This document shows positions 6,548 to 15,492 of a DNA stretch of 16,307 bases, piece after piece. The notes under the pieces are model-generated. The model was not told the DNA's origin. It searched no databases and worked only from the letters and a program-made list of their open reading frames with translations. The stretch is taken from the NCBI GenBank assembly GCA_040753215.1, contig JBFMEZ010000017.1:1-16307 (forward strand), read 5' to 3'. The DNA comes from Candidatus Micrarchaeota archaeon (GTDB taxonomy: Archaea > Micrarchaeota > Micrarchaeia > Anstonellales > Bilamarchaeaceae). How positions within the stretch are numbered: position 1 is the stretch's first letter; every line of letters begins with the position of its first letter. A program made the translations under genes and the position numbers.

Positions 6548-8041
6548 CTAACCCTGCGCCTTTTGTTTCTTCCTCATCCTGAAATACCAGTAGCCCGCGG
6601 CAACAACGATTATGCCAAGCGCCAGAAGGGCGGTTGTGCCGTTGCCCTGCTGTGGCGGCCCGGCGATGCTTATCTGCAGCGGCTTGGTCTCGGCAATCTG
6701 CGCCCCGGAAGCGTCCTTGTAGCGGACAAGCACGGACGCGTCGTAGGTTCCCGGAGCGATGTCTTTCACCCTTATCTTGTACTGCACGCTGGAGAAATCG
6801 TCCTCCTCAAGCCCGCCGATGTACTGCTCTGGCTGGACCGTGAGGAGCTGGAACGCATCGCTGGAAAGCTCTACGGTTGTCCCCTGGATTGCGTAGGAGC
6901 CGAGGTTGGAGACCGTAACTGAAAGGGTGTGCTCCCCTCCGGAGACGAGCGGGGTCGGGTTGGCTTCCAGGTATACGCCGACCTCGGAATCAGATTTGAC
7001 GCTGAGCGGGATTGTGATTGTTCCCTCGCGGTTCTCGCCCCTCTCCACCCAGGAAAGGGAAACGTTCACGTTGTTGGTTCCGGGCTGGAGGTTTGCGACC
7101 AGCGGTATCGTGGCGGTGCGGGATTCGCCCGCAGCCAAGTTCCCGAACTCAACCCTGTTCATTCCGCGGAGCACGACCCCGGAGCCGGATGCGAAAGTGA
7201 GCTGCAGGTCCTGCACCGGGTCGCCGGAATTGGTTACTGCGAGCGTGAGAGTTTCCTCCCTGCCGGTGGTCACCGGCGCCTGCTGGGCGAATGTGAAATC
7301 CCCGGCTGCCTTCTTTACTGTGATCGGGATTTCCTTTGTTTCGGTAATTTCCTCGCCAAGCTCATTTAAGTAGGTAAGCTGGATGGAAAGCTTGGTTGCG
7401 CCGTCCGATGCGCCGCGCGCATCAATCGTAATGGGCTGGGATGAGGAAGCCTCAACGGTGCCGAAATAAAGCTCGTCGCGGTTCAGGAAACCGATTCCCT
7501 CATTCGCTATTGAGATGCGGAGGTTTGTTGCCTTTCCCCCGGAATTGGAAATGGCTATTGTTTCCGCGGTCATGTCCTCAAGGTTCTCGCTGCTAAGGGA
7601 GATGGAGAGGATGGGCTCCCTTACTACTTTGACCGGGATTGTGGATATTTTTTCCACCACTTCGCTGGTGGTGCGGAAGGAGCCCGTAACCTCATTATAT
7701 ACAAATGTATCAACCGTTCCTCTCGCCCTCACTTCCAGCGAATAGATGCCGCTCTGGATTGTTTCGGAAGAGCGGAAAGGCACGGTGAGCACCGTGGAGG
7801 AGCTTTGCTCCAAATCCCCCACGGAAAATTCACGGTTTGCGCCAAGGGATTCTGTGGAAGATACCCTTACAGTAACGAGGTCAACCGTATCCGTGGTTGA
7901 GGGGTTGGAGATGGTGAGCGTGATGTAGCCGGAGCCGCCGGGCTCTATGCTCTCCGGGCTAACGGAAAAATCCGAAATGGACAGGCCCGCAAACGCAAAC
8001 CCAAATGCCAGAAGCGCGAGAAGCGCGTATTTCATGTTCAT
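6548..8041 (-). CDS. COG1361-type S-layer-like/Ig-fold secreted protein with C-terminal membrane anchor
   Basis: Signal peptide [16 protein letters not shown], repeated beta-rich modules (xSNxG...GxLxxGxS), C-terminal TM plus basic tail, GGTGA RBS, and typical position in an archaeal MacB-type operon. Confidence 0.8.
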   Translation of the reverse strand: MNMKYALLALLAFGFAFAGLSISDFSVSPESIEPGGSGYITLTISNPSTTDTVDLVTVRVSSTESLGANREFSVGDLEQSSSTVLTVPFRSSETIQSGIYSLEVRARGTVDTFVYNEVTGSFRTTSEVVEKISTIPVKVVREPILSISLSSENLEDMTAETIAISNSGGKATNLRISIANEGIGFLNRDELYFGTVEASSSQPITIDARGASDGATKLSIQLTYLNELGEEITETKEIPITVKKAAGDFTFAQQAPVTTGREETLTLAVTNSGDPVQDLQLTFASGSGVVLRGMNRVEFGNLAAGESRTATIPLVANLQPGTNNVNVSLSWVERGENREGTITIPLSVKSDSEVGVYLEANPTPLVSGGEHTLSVTVSNLGSYAIQGTTVELSSDAFQLLTVQPEQYIGGLEEDDFSSVQYKIRVKDIAPGTYDASVLVRYKDASGAQIAETKPLQISIAGPPQQGNGTTALLALGIIVVAAGYWYFRMRKKQKAQG

Positions 8042-8775
8042 CTTTTCACCTTCACTGCCTTTTCCCCGGTCTTGAGCATGTGCTCTCTGGACATCTCATG
8101 TTCTATAAGCATCCCGTCCTTTATGCGGATTATCTCCTCCGCATTCCTTGCGATGTCCGGGTCATGCGTGACAACAACGAGCGTCTTGCCTTCCCGGTCA
8201 AGCTGGTTGAATATCTCCACGACTTCCTCGCCGGTTTTCGAATCGAGGTTCCCGGTGGGCTCGTCCGCGAGGATCACCTCCGGGTTGTTGGCGAGCGAAC
8301 GGGCGATTGCGACGCGCTGGCGCTGGCCTCCGGAAAGCTCGGAAGGGAGGTGGGAGAGGCGGTTCCCCATGCCTAGGGAGATTAGAAGCTCTTCCGCGCG
8401 CTTCTCCCTTTCGTAGCCGGGGACTCCGTAAATCATCATCGGAAGGGCTACATTCTCAAGCGCGGTAAGGGAGGAGACGAGGTTGAACACCTGGAATATG
8501 AAGCCGATTTTCCTCCCGCGGATGCGGGCGAGCTGGTTTTCTGCAAGGCGGGAGACGTTCTCCTTATCCACGTATATGTTTCCGCGGGTGGGCACGTCCA
8601 GCAGGCCCATCATGTGCAGGAGGGTTGATTTGCCGCTCCCGCTGGGGCCGAAGATTGCCATATAATCGCCCTCGTGGACCGTGACGGAGAAATCCTTCAG
8701 GGCGTGGATGGGGCTACCGCCCATCGTGTAGGTTTTCCACACATTCTCCAGCCTGATGATTTCCCTTGCAGCCAT
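8038..8775 (-). CDS. ABC transporter ATP-binding protein (LolD/MacB-like)
   Basis: Walker [10 protein letters not shown], signature LSGGQRQR, Walker [12 protein letters not shown] and VTHD. Start set at ATG 8775, with TTTTTAAT about 30 nt upstream. Confidence 0.95.
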   Translation of the reverse strand: MAAREIIRLENVWKTYTMGGSPIHALKDFSVTVHEGDYMAIFGPSGSGKSTLLHMMGLLDVPTRGNIYVDKENVSRLAENQLARIRGRKIGFIFQVFNLVSSLTALENVALPMMIYGVPGYEREKRAEELLISLGMGNRLSHLPSELSGGQRQRVAIARSLANNPEVILADEPTGNLDSKTGEEVVEIFNQLDREGKTLVVVTHDPDIARNAEEIIRIKDGMLIEHEMSREHMLKTGEKAVKVKR

Positions 8776-8872
8776 CGCACAGGCATACCCTGCAAGCATT
8801 AAAAAGCTTCAATGGTTTGGGAAACCCAGGATAAAATCACCATTAAATTACTTTTCACACATATATAGACGC

Positions 8873-9982
8873 ATGCGGGCGCTGCATGCGGAGAAGGCGC
8901 AGGAGTGGTATCCGAAAGAGAGGTTCCGCACCTCGCAGGGGGTGGAGCTGGAATACATATACATGCCGCAGGCAAGGAGGAGCAATCCCCGCACGCTGGT
9001 TTTCATAAACGGGTGGTGCCTGAGGCACTCGGAATGGAAGGCGCAGATGCACAGGTTTCCGGGCTGCAACCTTCTTTTCTTCAATCTCCGCGGGCATGGG
9101 AATAGCGAACTAGGTAGTTCCACACCCTCTACGTTCCTGGGGGACTGCGCGCAGGATACGGCAGAGCTGATGGCGCACCTGGGGCTGGGAAGGGTTACGC
9201 TTGTAATGCATTCGATGGGCACATTAATAGGGACATTGGTTGCGGCAGGCAGGGCGAATCTTGGCGGTTCCCGGTTTCCCGTTTTGAGTTCCGGGACTGG
9301 AAACTGGGAACAGGATGGCGGAAACCCGCAGGTTTCCGCCAGTTATCGCCGCGCGAATTTTCCCGAGGGAAAATGGCGCCCATTTTCGCAACAGCGAAAA
9401 TCGGGCAGCGATATGGAAACTGGAAACCACTTCTCTTTGCCTGCGGGACCGGAGATAGATTCTATGGTGATGGTGAGCCCGGTGCCTGGGAATCCGCTGA
9501 ATGCATTGCCATACAGATGGGTGCTCGGGCCTGGCGTTGAGTATGCACTGAAGAATCCGTGGAGCGCGGAGGCGGCGAGGTGGTACGCGAGGAACTTCAG
9601 GAGCGATGCATTCGTGTTCCCTTCCTATCTGTATTTCAAGGCAGCGACATGGAGCGGGGCTTCCCTGGAGACGTACAGGAAATTCATGGAATCCATACTG
9701 GACATGAAGAACGGGACATTCCTCACAGCATTCAGGGCGATGGTGGAGAACGGGGATGAAGTGGGGGAGAGGATGAGGGGGCTGCAGATTCCGGTGCTCG
9801 CGGTTACCGGAAGCGGCGATTTCCTTGTGAGCCCATCTTCACTTGAAATATTGAGGGAAAGGATTCCGCGGATAGAGACGAAAATATTCTGGTTCGCGAC
9901 GCATTTCCCCCATGCGGAACGGCCGGAGGAGTTCAATAGGCTGGTTGCGGAATTTGTGGAGAAGATTGATGCGGGCAAGTAA
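8873..9982 (+). CDS. Alpha/beta-fold hydrolase carrying an in-frame repeat-derived insertion
   Basis: VFINGW, NLRGHGNS, nucleophile elbow HSMG, GSGDFLV (acid) and ATHFPHAERPEEFN (His). Start set at ATG 8873 after an AT-rich box at 8843-8850. Confidence 0.85.
   Translation: MRALHAEKAQEWYPKERFRTSQGVELEYIYMPQARRSNPRTLVFINGWCLRHSEWKAQMHRFPGCNLLFFNLRGHGNSELGSSTPSTFLGDCAQDTAELMAHLGLGRVTLVMHSMGTLIGTLVAAGRANLGGSRFPVLSSGTGNWEQDGGNPQVSASYRRANFPEGKWRPFSQQRKSGSDMETGNHFSLPAGPEIDSMVMVSPVPGNPLNALPYRWVLGPGVEYALKNPWSAEAARWYARNFRSDAFVFPSYLYFKAATWSGASLETYRKFMESILDMKNGTFLTAFRAMVENGDEVGERMRGLQIPVLAVTGSGDFLVSPSSLEILRERIPRIETKIFWFATHFPHAERPEEFNRLVAEFVEKIDAGK
9266..9428 (+). repeat. Composite heptamer/palindrome element inside the hydrolase ORF
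   Basis: Inverted then direct heptamers (gttcccggtttcc / ggaaactgggaac), a perfect 11-bp hairpin tggcggaaacc-cgca-ggtttccgcca, attttccc-ga-gggaaaat, attttcgc-aaca-gcgaaaat, and terminal ggaaact-ggaaacc. Confidence 0.85.
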
Positions 9983-10039
9983 AGGGATTTAAATTCTAGC
10001 GGAAAATAAGTCGCACCATTTAGCTGACTGGTAGATTCC

Positions 10040-11170
10040 ATGAGGGCGAAGGATGAATTCGGGCCTGAATATGTGCTTGAGGTTTTTGACGCAAAAACCG
10101 GGATGCAGGGGGTTCTCGTAATTGATAATACTGCGCGCGGGACCGGGAAGGGCGGAATAAGGATGCTGCCGGACGTGACCACCGAAGAGGTGATGGGGCT
10201 TGCCCGCGCGATGACGTGGAAGAATGCGCTCGCGGACCTGCCTTTCGGGGGTGCGAAGGCGGGGATAAGATTCGACCCGAAAAGCCCGCTGAAGGAGGCG
10301 GCAGTGAGGGCTTTTGCGCACAAGGTGAGGAGTTTCGTGCCCGAGCTTTATGTCACGGGGCCGGATATGAACACCGCGGAGAGGGAGATGGCGGTATTTG
10401 CTGATGAGCTGAACAGCGCGGGGGCGGCGACGGGGAAGCCCGCATCAATGGGAGGTCTGCCGCACGAATTGGGGAGCACGGGGTACGGGGTTGCGCTCTG
10501 CATAAAGACGGCGGTGGAATTTGAGGGGAAGAGCCTGGAGGGGATGAGCGTTGCGATTGAGGGGTTCGGGAACGTGGGCACGTTTGCGATGAAATTCCTC
10601 ACCGCATGGGGCGCAAAAGTGGTGGCGGTCTCGGATTCGAAAGGGACCATTTACGACCAGAAGGGGCTGGAGTACAACGCGCTGATGGAGACCAAGGAGA
10701 AGAAGGGGAGCGTGACCGCGCACGGGAAGGGGAAGGCGCTTGGCGGGGCGGAATTGTTCGGGCTTCCGGTGGATGTGCTTGTTCCCGGGGCGAGGCCGAA
10801 CGTGATTACGGATGCGAACGTGGGCAGCGTGAAGGCGAAGGTCGTTGCCGAGGCCGCGAACATCCCCGTAGCTTATGAGGTGGAGAAGAAGCTCATGAAG
10901 AAGGGGATTCTCGTGCTTCCGGACGTTGTGGCGAACTCCGGCGGGGTGATTTCCTCCTACTGCGAAACCATGGGGTGGAGGCAGAAGGAAATGTTCCATG
11001 CGGTCACGGAGCGCATCTCGGAGAACACGAGGCTTGTGATGGAAAGGATGAGCGACCACGACACGAGGGCTGCTGCGATGGGCATCGCGAGGGAAAGGGT
11101 GGTGGATGCGATGGACAAGAGGGGATGGACGAGGCAGTGGGCGCTTTGCGAAGGGTTTGCAAAGGGTTAA
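10040..11170 (+). CDS. gdhA: Glu/Leu/Phe/Val dehydrogenase, most like glutamate dehydrogenase
   Basis: GKGGIR, MTWKNALADLPFGGAKAGI, GPDMNT, ATGKP, Rossmann GFGNVG, VAEAANIP and PDVVANSGGV. Substrate specificity is not provable from motifs alone. Confidence 0.88.
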   Translation: MRAKDEFGPEYVLEVFDAKTGMQGVLVIDNTARGTGKGGIRMLPDVTTEEVMGLARAMTWKNALADLPFGGAKAGIRFDPKSPLKEAAVRAFAHKVRSFVPELYVTGPDMNTAEREMAVFADELNSAGAATGKPASMGGLPHELGSTGYGVALCIKTAVEFEGKSLEGMSVAIEGFGNVGTFAMKFLTAWGAKVVAVSDSKGTIYDQKGLEYNALMETKEKKGSVTAHGKGKALGGAELFGLPVDVLVPGARPNVITDANVGSVKAKVVAEAANIPVAYEVEKKLMKKGILVLPDVVANSGGVISSYCETMGWRQKEMFHAVTERISENTRLVMERMSDHDTRAAAMGIARERVVDAMDKRGWTRQWALCEGFAKG

Positions 11171-11219
11171 AAGGGAGCGGGGCGGAAGGGATATAAAATT
11201 CAGTTAGCTGGTGAACTAT

Positions 11220-12266
11220 ATGACCGAAGAAAAGAGAGACGGGGGTGCCCCTTCCCCGGAAGCGCAGAATATGCTTTATTTCTGGGGAGTTGGGGGGCTT
11301 GTGATTGGGCTGATTATAGGGTTCCTGGTTTTCCCGGGGATGGCGCCGGCGGCGCAGCAGCCCGCGGGGAATGTGACCGGATTCACGCCAAACCAGGCGA
11401 AAATAGATGAGATAGGCGGCTTCCTGGAGAACTATTATTTTGCATCCACGGGACAGGCCACCACAGCGGCCTTCAGCAGGTATGTTGACAAGGGGGCCTA
11501 TGTAGAATTATACTATGATGTCGCAGGGCAGGAGATGCCGGTATACATCTCTCCGGATTACAGGTATTTCTACGGAGGGGTGTTTGAGGCGCAGGCAACC
11601 ATCGAGCAGATGCGGGTTGCCAGGGAGCAGGCGCTGCAGCAGGCAGAGGCAGAAGCGCAGGGGATTCCCAGGAGCGACGAGCCGCAGGTGCTCATGTTCG
11701 TGATGAGCTACTGCCCGTATGGGAACCAGGCGGAGGGGGGGCTTGCTCCGGTCGTGGAGCTGCTTGCGGAGGAGGCGGAATTCGAGCCGGTGTACATCGT
11801 TTACCCGAGCGGCAGGGAATGCGCGGAGAACAACGGCACCCAGTACTGCTCGCTGCACGGGAATGCGGAGCTCTGGCAGGATGCGAGGGAAAAGATAATA
11901 TTCAATATGTATGGGGAGAGGAAATGGGCTGAATACGTGAGCAGGGCGAACACGGAGTGCAGCCTTTCCAACATAGACACCTGCTGGGAGACTGTTGCGG
12001 ATGAAGTGGGCGTGAACAAGAGCGCAGTGGCTGCGGAGTTCGAGGCGAGCAAATTCCCAATACTGGATGCGGAGATGGCGAAGACCGCAGCATACGGTGT
12101 GAGCGGCTCACCCACGATACTGATAAACGGGTATGCGTACTCGGGGGCGAGGACTCCGGAGGCGTACAAGAGCTCGGTGTGCGAGGCGTTCAATTCCGCG
12201 CCGGAGGGTTGCAGCGCCTCCCTGTCCTCGGCGGCCGCGCCGGCGGCTTCGGGGAGCTGCGGATGA
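11220..12266 (+). CDS. Membrane-anchored thioredoxin-fold (DsbA/GILT-like) protein
   Basis: N-terminal TM, FVMSYCPYG, CSLHGNAE and cis-Pro loop GVSGSPTILING. Start ATG 11220 lies 5 nt after GGTGA (11210-11214). Confidence 0.75.
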   Translation: MTEEKRDGGAPSPEAQNMLYFWGVGGLVIGLIIGFLVFPGMAPAAQQPAGNVTGFTPNQAKIDEIGGFLENYYFASTGQATTAAFSRYVDKGAYVELYYDVAGQEMPVYISPDYRYFYGGVFEAQATIEQMRVAREQALQQAEAEAQGIPRSDEPQVLMFVMSYCPYGNQAEGGLAPVVELLAEEAEFEPVYIVYPSGRECAENNGTQYCSLHGNAELWQDAREKIIFNMYGERKWAEYVSRANTECSLSNIDTCWETVADEVGVNKSAVAAEFEASKFPILDAEMAKTAAYGVSGSPTILINGYAYSGARTPEAYKSSVCEAFNSAPEGCSASLSSAAAPAASGSCG

Positions 12267-12288
12267 CATAGTGCCCAGGGGCGGGAAT

Positions 12289-12326
12289 CCTTATTTTGCT
12301 TTTTTATCCGTGCGGGGCCTCTTTTT
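12289..12326 (+). terminator. Possible oligo-T archaeal terminator
   Basis: T-tracts (ttattttgcttttttat ... cttttt) shortly after the stop at 12266. Confidence 0.4.
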
Positions 12327-12334
12327 CCAAAAAA

Positions 12335-12352
12335 TGTTAGGTATACCTAACA
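12335..12352. promoter_or_regulatory. Perfect 18-bp palindrome, DtxR/MntR-box-like
   Basis: TGTTAGGTATACCTAACA, directly upstream of TTAAAAA (12354-12360), which is about 29 nt before ATG 12383. Confidence 0.6.
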
Positions 12353-12382
12353 ATTAAAAACCCTTTCTTCCAGGATATATGC

Positions 12383-12688
12383 ATGAGTATTGAAGCGGTG
12401 CGGCGGGAACCGAGAGGGCTTGCCGGGATGCGTGACGCCGCAGCCAGGCTTCGCATCGTCCCGTCCGCCAAGCCGCCTCCGGAAGGGATTCTGCGGGCCG
12501 CGAAGCCAGAAAGGGCGGAAGAACCGAAGGGCAAAGAGCCGGACGAGAACAGGAAGGAAGAGGGCGGCGAGCCGGAAAACGAAGACCTCTCAAAAGTGGC
12601 TGTCGTCTTCAAGCCGGGCGGGAACGGCGGCGGGCGGCCGAGATGGAAAAGGAAGAGGGGGCGCCTTGTCCTGAAGATTTCGCTCTGA
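12383..12688 (+). CDS. Hypothetical protein, 101 aa, largely low-complexity/charged
   Basis: Fills the gap between genes, has G/C-ending codons like its neighbours and a TATA box at leaderless spacing. No recognisable domain. Confidence 0.55.
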   Translation: MSIEAVRREPRGLAGMRDAAARLRIVPSAKPPPEGILRAAKPERAEEPKGKEPDENRKEEGGEPENEDLSKVAVVFKPGGNGGGRPRWKRKRGRLVLKISL

Positions 12689-12731
12689 GCGCATCTTTTA
12701 TTACTTTTCCTTCATATTCCCCTTCTCCAGG

Positions 12732-14258
12732 GTGATTCGGATTACCAGGGACAAGTTTTACCTGACTACGGCAATCCCTTACGTGAATGCGGCCCCGCAC
12801 CTCGGGCATGCGCTGGAATTTGCGCAGGCCGACGTGGTTGCGAGATACCGCAAGGCGCAGGGAGATGAGGTGCGGCTGGTCACCGGCTCGGACGAGAACA
12901 GCCTCAAGAACGTGCATGCGGCGGAGGCTGAGGGCATAAGCACCGAGGCCCTGTGCGCGAGGAACGCGGCCGTTTTCAGGAAGATGGCGGACGCGGTCGG
13001 GCTCTCCTATACTTATTTCATGAGGACCTCGGACAGGAAACTGCACTGGCCCGGGGTGGAGAATCTGTGGGAGCTGTGCGGCGGGCCCGGGGACATCTAC
13101 AAGAAGAAATACCGGGGATTGTATTGCGTGGGGTGCGAATCCTTCTACGAAGAGGAGGAGCTGCCGGAGGGGGTGTGCCCGGAGCACAGGAAGAAGCCGG
13201 AGGACGTGGAGGAGGAGAACTACTTCTTCAGACTATCAAAATACGGGAAAAAGCTGGAGGGGCTGATTGAGGGCGGTGAGCTGCTTATACTTCCCGAGAC
13301 GAGGAAGAACGAGGTGCTCGCTTTCATAAGGGGAGGGCTTAAGGACTTCAGCATTTCGCGCTCGGTTTCGCGGGCGAAGGGATGGGGAGTGCCCGTGCCC
13401 GGGGATCCGACCCAGATAATGTATGTGTGGTTTGATGCGCTCGGGACCTACATCACCGGAATCGGGTACGGGAAGGGCGGGAAGGAGTTTGCGAAGTTCT
13501 GGCCTGCGGACGTGCACGTGATTGGGAAGGGGATTCTGCGCTTCCATGCGGTCTACTGGCCCGCGATGCTGCTCTCTGCCGGGCTGGAGCTGCCGAAGAG
13601 GATATTTGTGCACGGGTACATTACGGTGGAGGGGCAGAAGATGAGCAAATCCCTCGGGAATATCGTGGACCCGTTTTATCTCGTGGAGAAGTACGGGGTG
13701 GACCCGCTGAGGTATTGCCTGCTGGGGGGTGTGCCCACGTTCAGCGACGGGGACTTTTCAGAGAAGGAATTAATTGCGAAAAATGATAATGAATTGGTGG
13801 CGAACTTCGGGAATTTTGCTTACCGGACGCAGAAACTGATTGAGAAATTTTATGAGAATGAGATTCCGAAAGCAAAACTGGATGCCGAGGACGAAGCGCA
13901 ATTAGGCAGGATTGCAGAGTACTCAGGAAAGATTTCGGCGGAATTGGAGAAATATGAGCTGAGGCGCGGGCTGGAATTGGTTATGGAACTGAGCTCGTTA
14001 TTCAACAAATATCTAAGTGACAGGGAGCCCTGGAAGAATGAGGGAAAGAGGGCGCAGACACTCTATGTGTGCTCGCGGGGGCTTTCCGCGCTTGCGGTTC
14101 TCTCGGAGCCGTTCCTTCCTTTTACTGCGGAAAAGATGAGGAAGGCGCTCGGGATAAAGAAGGCGCTTTGGGAAGATGCGGGGAAGGAATTGCTGAAGCC
14201 GGGGGCGAAGCTGGAGACGCCCGAGCAGCTGTTTAGGAAAATTGAGGAGAAAAAGTGA
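12732..14258 (+). CDS. metG: Methionine--tRNA ligase (short, single zinc-knuckle form)
   Basis: YLTTAIPYVNAAPHLGH (HIGH), CVGC...CPEH knuckle, YVWFDAL, RFHAVYWPAML and KMSKSLGN. No C-terminal tRNA-binding appendix. Start GTG 12732 or possibly ATT 12741. Confidence 0.96.
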   Translation: MIRITRDKFYLTTAIPYVNAAPHLGHALEFAQADVVARYRKAQGDEVRLVTGSDENSLKNVHAAEAEGISTEALCARNAAVFRKMADAVGLSYTYFMRTSDRKLHWPGVENLWELCGGPGDIYKKKYRGLYCVGCESFYEEEELPEGVCPEHRKKPEDVEEENYFFRLSKYGKKLEGLIEGGELLILPETRKNEVLAFIRGGLKDFSISRSVSRAKGWGVPVPGDPTQIMYVWFDALGTYITGIGYGKGGKEFAKFWPADVHVIGKGILRFHAVYWPAMLLSAGLELPKRIFVHGYITVEGQKMSKSLGNIVDPFYLVEKYGVDPLRYCLLGGVPTFSDGDFSEKELIAKNDNELVANFGNFAYRTQKLIEKFYENEIPKAKLDAEDEAQLGRIAEYSGKISAELEKYELRRGLELVMELSSLFNKYLSDREPWKNEGKRAQTLYVCSRGLSALAVLSEPFLPFTAEKMRKALGIKKALWEDAGKELLKPGAKLETPEQLFRKIEEKK

Positions 14259-14391
14259 CAGACGTGGCGAGTTTGCACTAGGTTAGAATTTCTTTAACCT
14301 GGTGAGAACAAACTGCTTGCAAACTTGCACTACTTATAGTTGTAATTAGAGTAAAAAGTGCTATAAACCCTTTTATGCCAAATAAACATAT

Positions 14392-14967
14392 ATGGTTACC
14401 TTAAGAGTCCTAGATAAACGCACAATCCCTGATGCTCCACCACAGGGAGCACGAATAAAGCAAAAGACGTGGGAAGTGGCGAAAGAATTGGTAGATAGGA
14501 TTGGCAGTAATGGATGGACTGGCGTGAAAGTAAATGCTAGCTCCATTTTATTTGCATTCAGGGATGCCCAGCTAACAATGCAATTTCGTGAGGGCGCGGT
14601 GACAGAGTCCTTCATCCGGGGAGGCGGTCTCAGAAAGGAGGATGGTCTCACAAATCCATCTCCAGGGTATCCGCGCAACACGACGGCAGTAGTATTCTCC
14701 AGCGAAGGATTGCCTGCGAATTCGGAGCATAATCCAGTACTTCTGCTCAACCCTACACAAGAAGTTGAAGTAATCTTAAGGAGTGTACAAGCAGCTAAAA
14801 ATATCGTCTTGCATTTTAGTGAGGGGTTGAAATTCATTCGGCTCGGCACCCAGCAATATCGAAGCGATGGGTCGTATAACGAGGTGGATGTCTGCGTAAC
14901 AGGACCCCCAACTGAAATAGCACTAACCATTGCTGGCGAAACTACTATTTACGAAATAGAAAAGTAA
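14392..14967 (+). CDS. Hypothetical protein, 191 aa, with atypical A/T-rich codon usage
   Basis: ATG lies 30 nt after TATAAA (14362). The ORF fills the gap and ends 5 nt from the convergent rps8e stop. No recognisable family. Confidence 0.65.
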   Translation: MVTLRVLDKRTIPDAPPQGARIKQKTWEVAKELVDRIGSNGWTGVKVNASSILFAFRDAQLTMQFREGAVTESFIRGGGLRKEDGLTNPSPGYPRNTTAVVFSSEGLPANSEHNPVLLLNPTQEVEVILRSVQAAKNIVLHFSEGLKFIRLGTQQYRSDGSYNEVDVCVTGPPTEIALTIAGETTIYEIEK

Positions 14968-14972
14968 GGAAC

Positions 14973-15359
14973 CTACTTTACCAGGACCCCATTCACCATG
15001 CCGTCCTGGCCAACGCGGTTGGTGACGCGCACCTTTCCGACTTCGGTATTGAGGACTGCGCCGCGCGTAATAATATTTTGGCGGGCGTACTGGGGGTTGT
15101 GGCTCTCCACAACGGAGAGGATTTTTGCCTTCTTCGTTTTTCCCTCAATGAGAACGTTCACGAAGCCGGTCCTCCTCGCCTTTACTTTTGAGTTTCCGCC
15201 CCTCCCTCTCTTCAGGTAGCGGTCCTCTTCCGCGGCCACCTTTGTGGCTGTGAAGCCGCCGCCCATGTGGGCGAGCTTCTTGTCGCGGAACTTCGCCTTC
15301 CTTCCGCCCGTTCCCGCTGAAACCTTCTTCCTTGATGGCTCATGATACTGGTAAACCAT
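14973..15359 (-). CDS. rps8e: 30S ribosomal protein S8e
   Basis: SRKK...GTGGR, RGRGGNSK, NPQYARQNIITRGAV...VTNRVGQDGMVNGVLV; GGTGA RBS. Confidence 0.97.
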   Translation of the reverse strand: MVYQYHEPSRKKVSAGTGGRKAKFRDKKLAHMGGGFTATKVAAEEDRYLKRGRGGNSKVKARRTGFVNVLIEGKTKKAKILSVVESHNPQYARQNIITRGAVLNTEVGKVRVTNRVGQDGMVNGVLVK

Positions 15360-15492
15360 ATATTCACCTACGAAATAGGTAGAGATTTAATTCCAACATA
15401 TGTTTTATAAGAGTATGCCAAACGTCAGGGGGGAGGGTCAGAAAGGACCGTGGAAAATGGGGAGGGGCACTCCCCTCCGCGTTTTTCGGAGT

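Noticed and set aside
3916..6922. Long plus-strand ORFs (3916..5100, 5275..6582, 5990..6922)
   Set aside because: They are antisense to clearly recognisable ABC operon genes and are expected from codon bias in GC-rich DNA.
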